A stretch of 26,093 nt of DNA, from positions 1 through 26,093 of the forward strand of contig JBGAGQ010000080.1 in the NCBI GenBank assembly GCA_044226625.1, written 5' to 3'. This DNA comes from Thermoanaerobaculia bacterium. GTDB taxonomy: Bacteria > Acidobacteriota > Thermoanaerobaculia > Multivoradales > UBA5704. The notes below the pieces were generated by a model. It did no database searches and was not told where the DNA came from. It saw only the letters and a program-made list of their open reading frames with translations. The position numbers were made by a program, and so were the translations under genes. This document shows, piece by piece, positions 25,527-26,093 of the stretch; within the stretch, counting starts at the first letter, position 1, and the number at the start of each line of letters is the position of its first letter.

Positions 25527-25820
25527 ATGGCAGGCGCATCTTTCATTTGGGACTACGATCTCGACGAGCAGGCATTTCGCGAGGTGCTGTCGGGCCGTCG
25601 TCGGGTTGGGCGCCTCGATCGGACTTGGGCCGCCGTTCGCTTGCTCGAATACGCCACCTACCCGGAGATCCTCAAATATCTTTCGTTTGCCGAGATCGTT
25701 TCTGGATGGCCCGCTTGGCGCGAAAAAGTGCGCTCCGAAAGCCGTCGCCGCGGATTTGATTTTTTGGTGAGCTGGCTTCCGACGCATCGCCCGGAGCTAC
25801 TGACGTATGGCCCCCGATAG
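25527..25820 (+). CDS. Small partner protein of an AbiEii-like toxin (putative antitoxin)
   Basis: GGGAGG SD; FIWDYDL...WAAVRLLEY motif; overlaps the downstream nucleotidyltransferase start by 14 nt. Confidence 0.75.
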   Translation: MAGASFIWDYDLDEQAFREVLSGRRRVGRLDRTWAAVRLLEYATYPEILKYLSFAEIVSGWPAWREKVRSESRRRGFDFLVSWLPTHRPELLTYGPR

Positions 25821-26093
25821 CGATTTCTATTTCAAGCGGCTTTATCCGCTACAGGACGAGGTTCTCAAGATCCTGTCTGGGGTCGATACCCGCCTCTATC
25901 TTTCAGGAGGGACGGCAGTTTCTCGCGGCTATCTCCGGCATCGCTTTTCGGACGATCTCGACCTTTTTGCCAACGACTCCCCGCATTTTTCGCTGTGGGT
26001 GGACCGCGCCGTGTCGGCGTGGTCCGAGGCGAAGAGGTGGCGAGCCCGATTCGCGGTGCGGGATCCCCGGTTCGTGCGGCTCTGGATCGAAAC
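25807..26093 (+). CDS. AbiEii-family nucleotidyltransferase (5' part, truncated by the window edge)
   Basis: Not in the ORF track. Translated from ATG 25807: MAPDSDFYFKRLYPLQDEVL...LYLSGGTAVSRGYLRHRFSDDLDLF, a canonical GGT...HRxSxDLD motif, open to the end. Confidence 0.9.
   Translation, partial: MAPDSDFYFKRLYPLQDEVLKILSGVDTRLYLSGGTAVSRGYLRHRFSDDLDLFANDSPHFSLWVDRAVSAWSEAKRWRARFAVRDPRFVRLWIE

Overview
High-GC (about 70% by eye) bacterial chromosomal segment. Gene content and style suggest Acidobacteriota (possibly Thermoanaerobaculia-like); this is an inference. Left to right: (1) a nested palindromic REP/REPIN-like cluster (1-484); (2) a minus-strand methyltransferase-ACP-FAAL-FAD oxidoreductase operon resembling type III PKS alkylresorcinol/alkylquinone clusters, with no PKS at its head; (3) hutI, an AbiEii-type nucleotidyltransferase with a small partner, divIVA, yggS, a C4 zinc-ribbon coiled-coil gene and tRNA-Ile2(CAT); (4) a sulfatase-fold lipoprotein and a TPR-Slt protein that both lack canonical catalytic motifs; (5) a GAF-like/Pro-rich protein and a divergent SmpA/BamE-like lipoprotein; (6) tRNA-fMet, followed directly by a lower-GC single-gene islet encoding a 1300-aa nuclease-TPR-GreA/B-C-PIN protein, a probable anti-phage system and the best candidate here; (7) an MFS exporter, an Fe3+-type ABC transporter with a frameshifted binding-protein gene, and a second small-partner/AbiEii pair running off the right edge. 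Family assignments come from motif recognition, not database searches.
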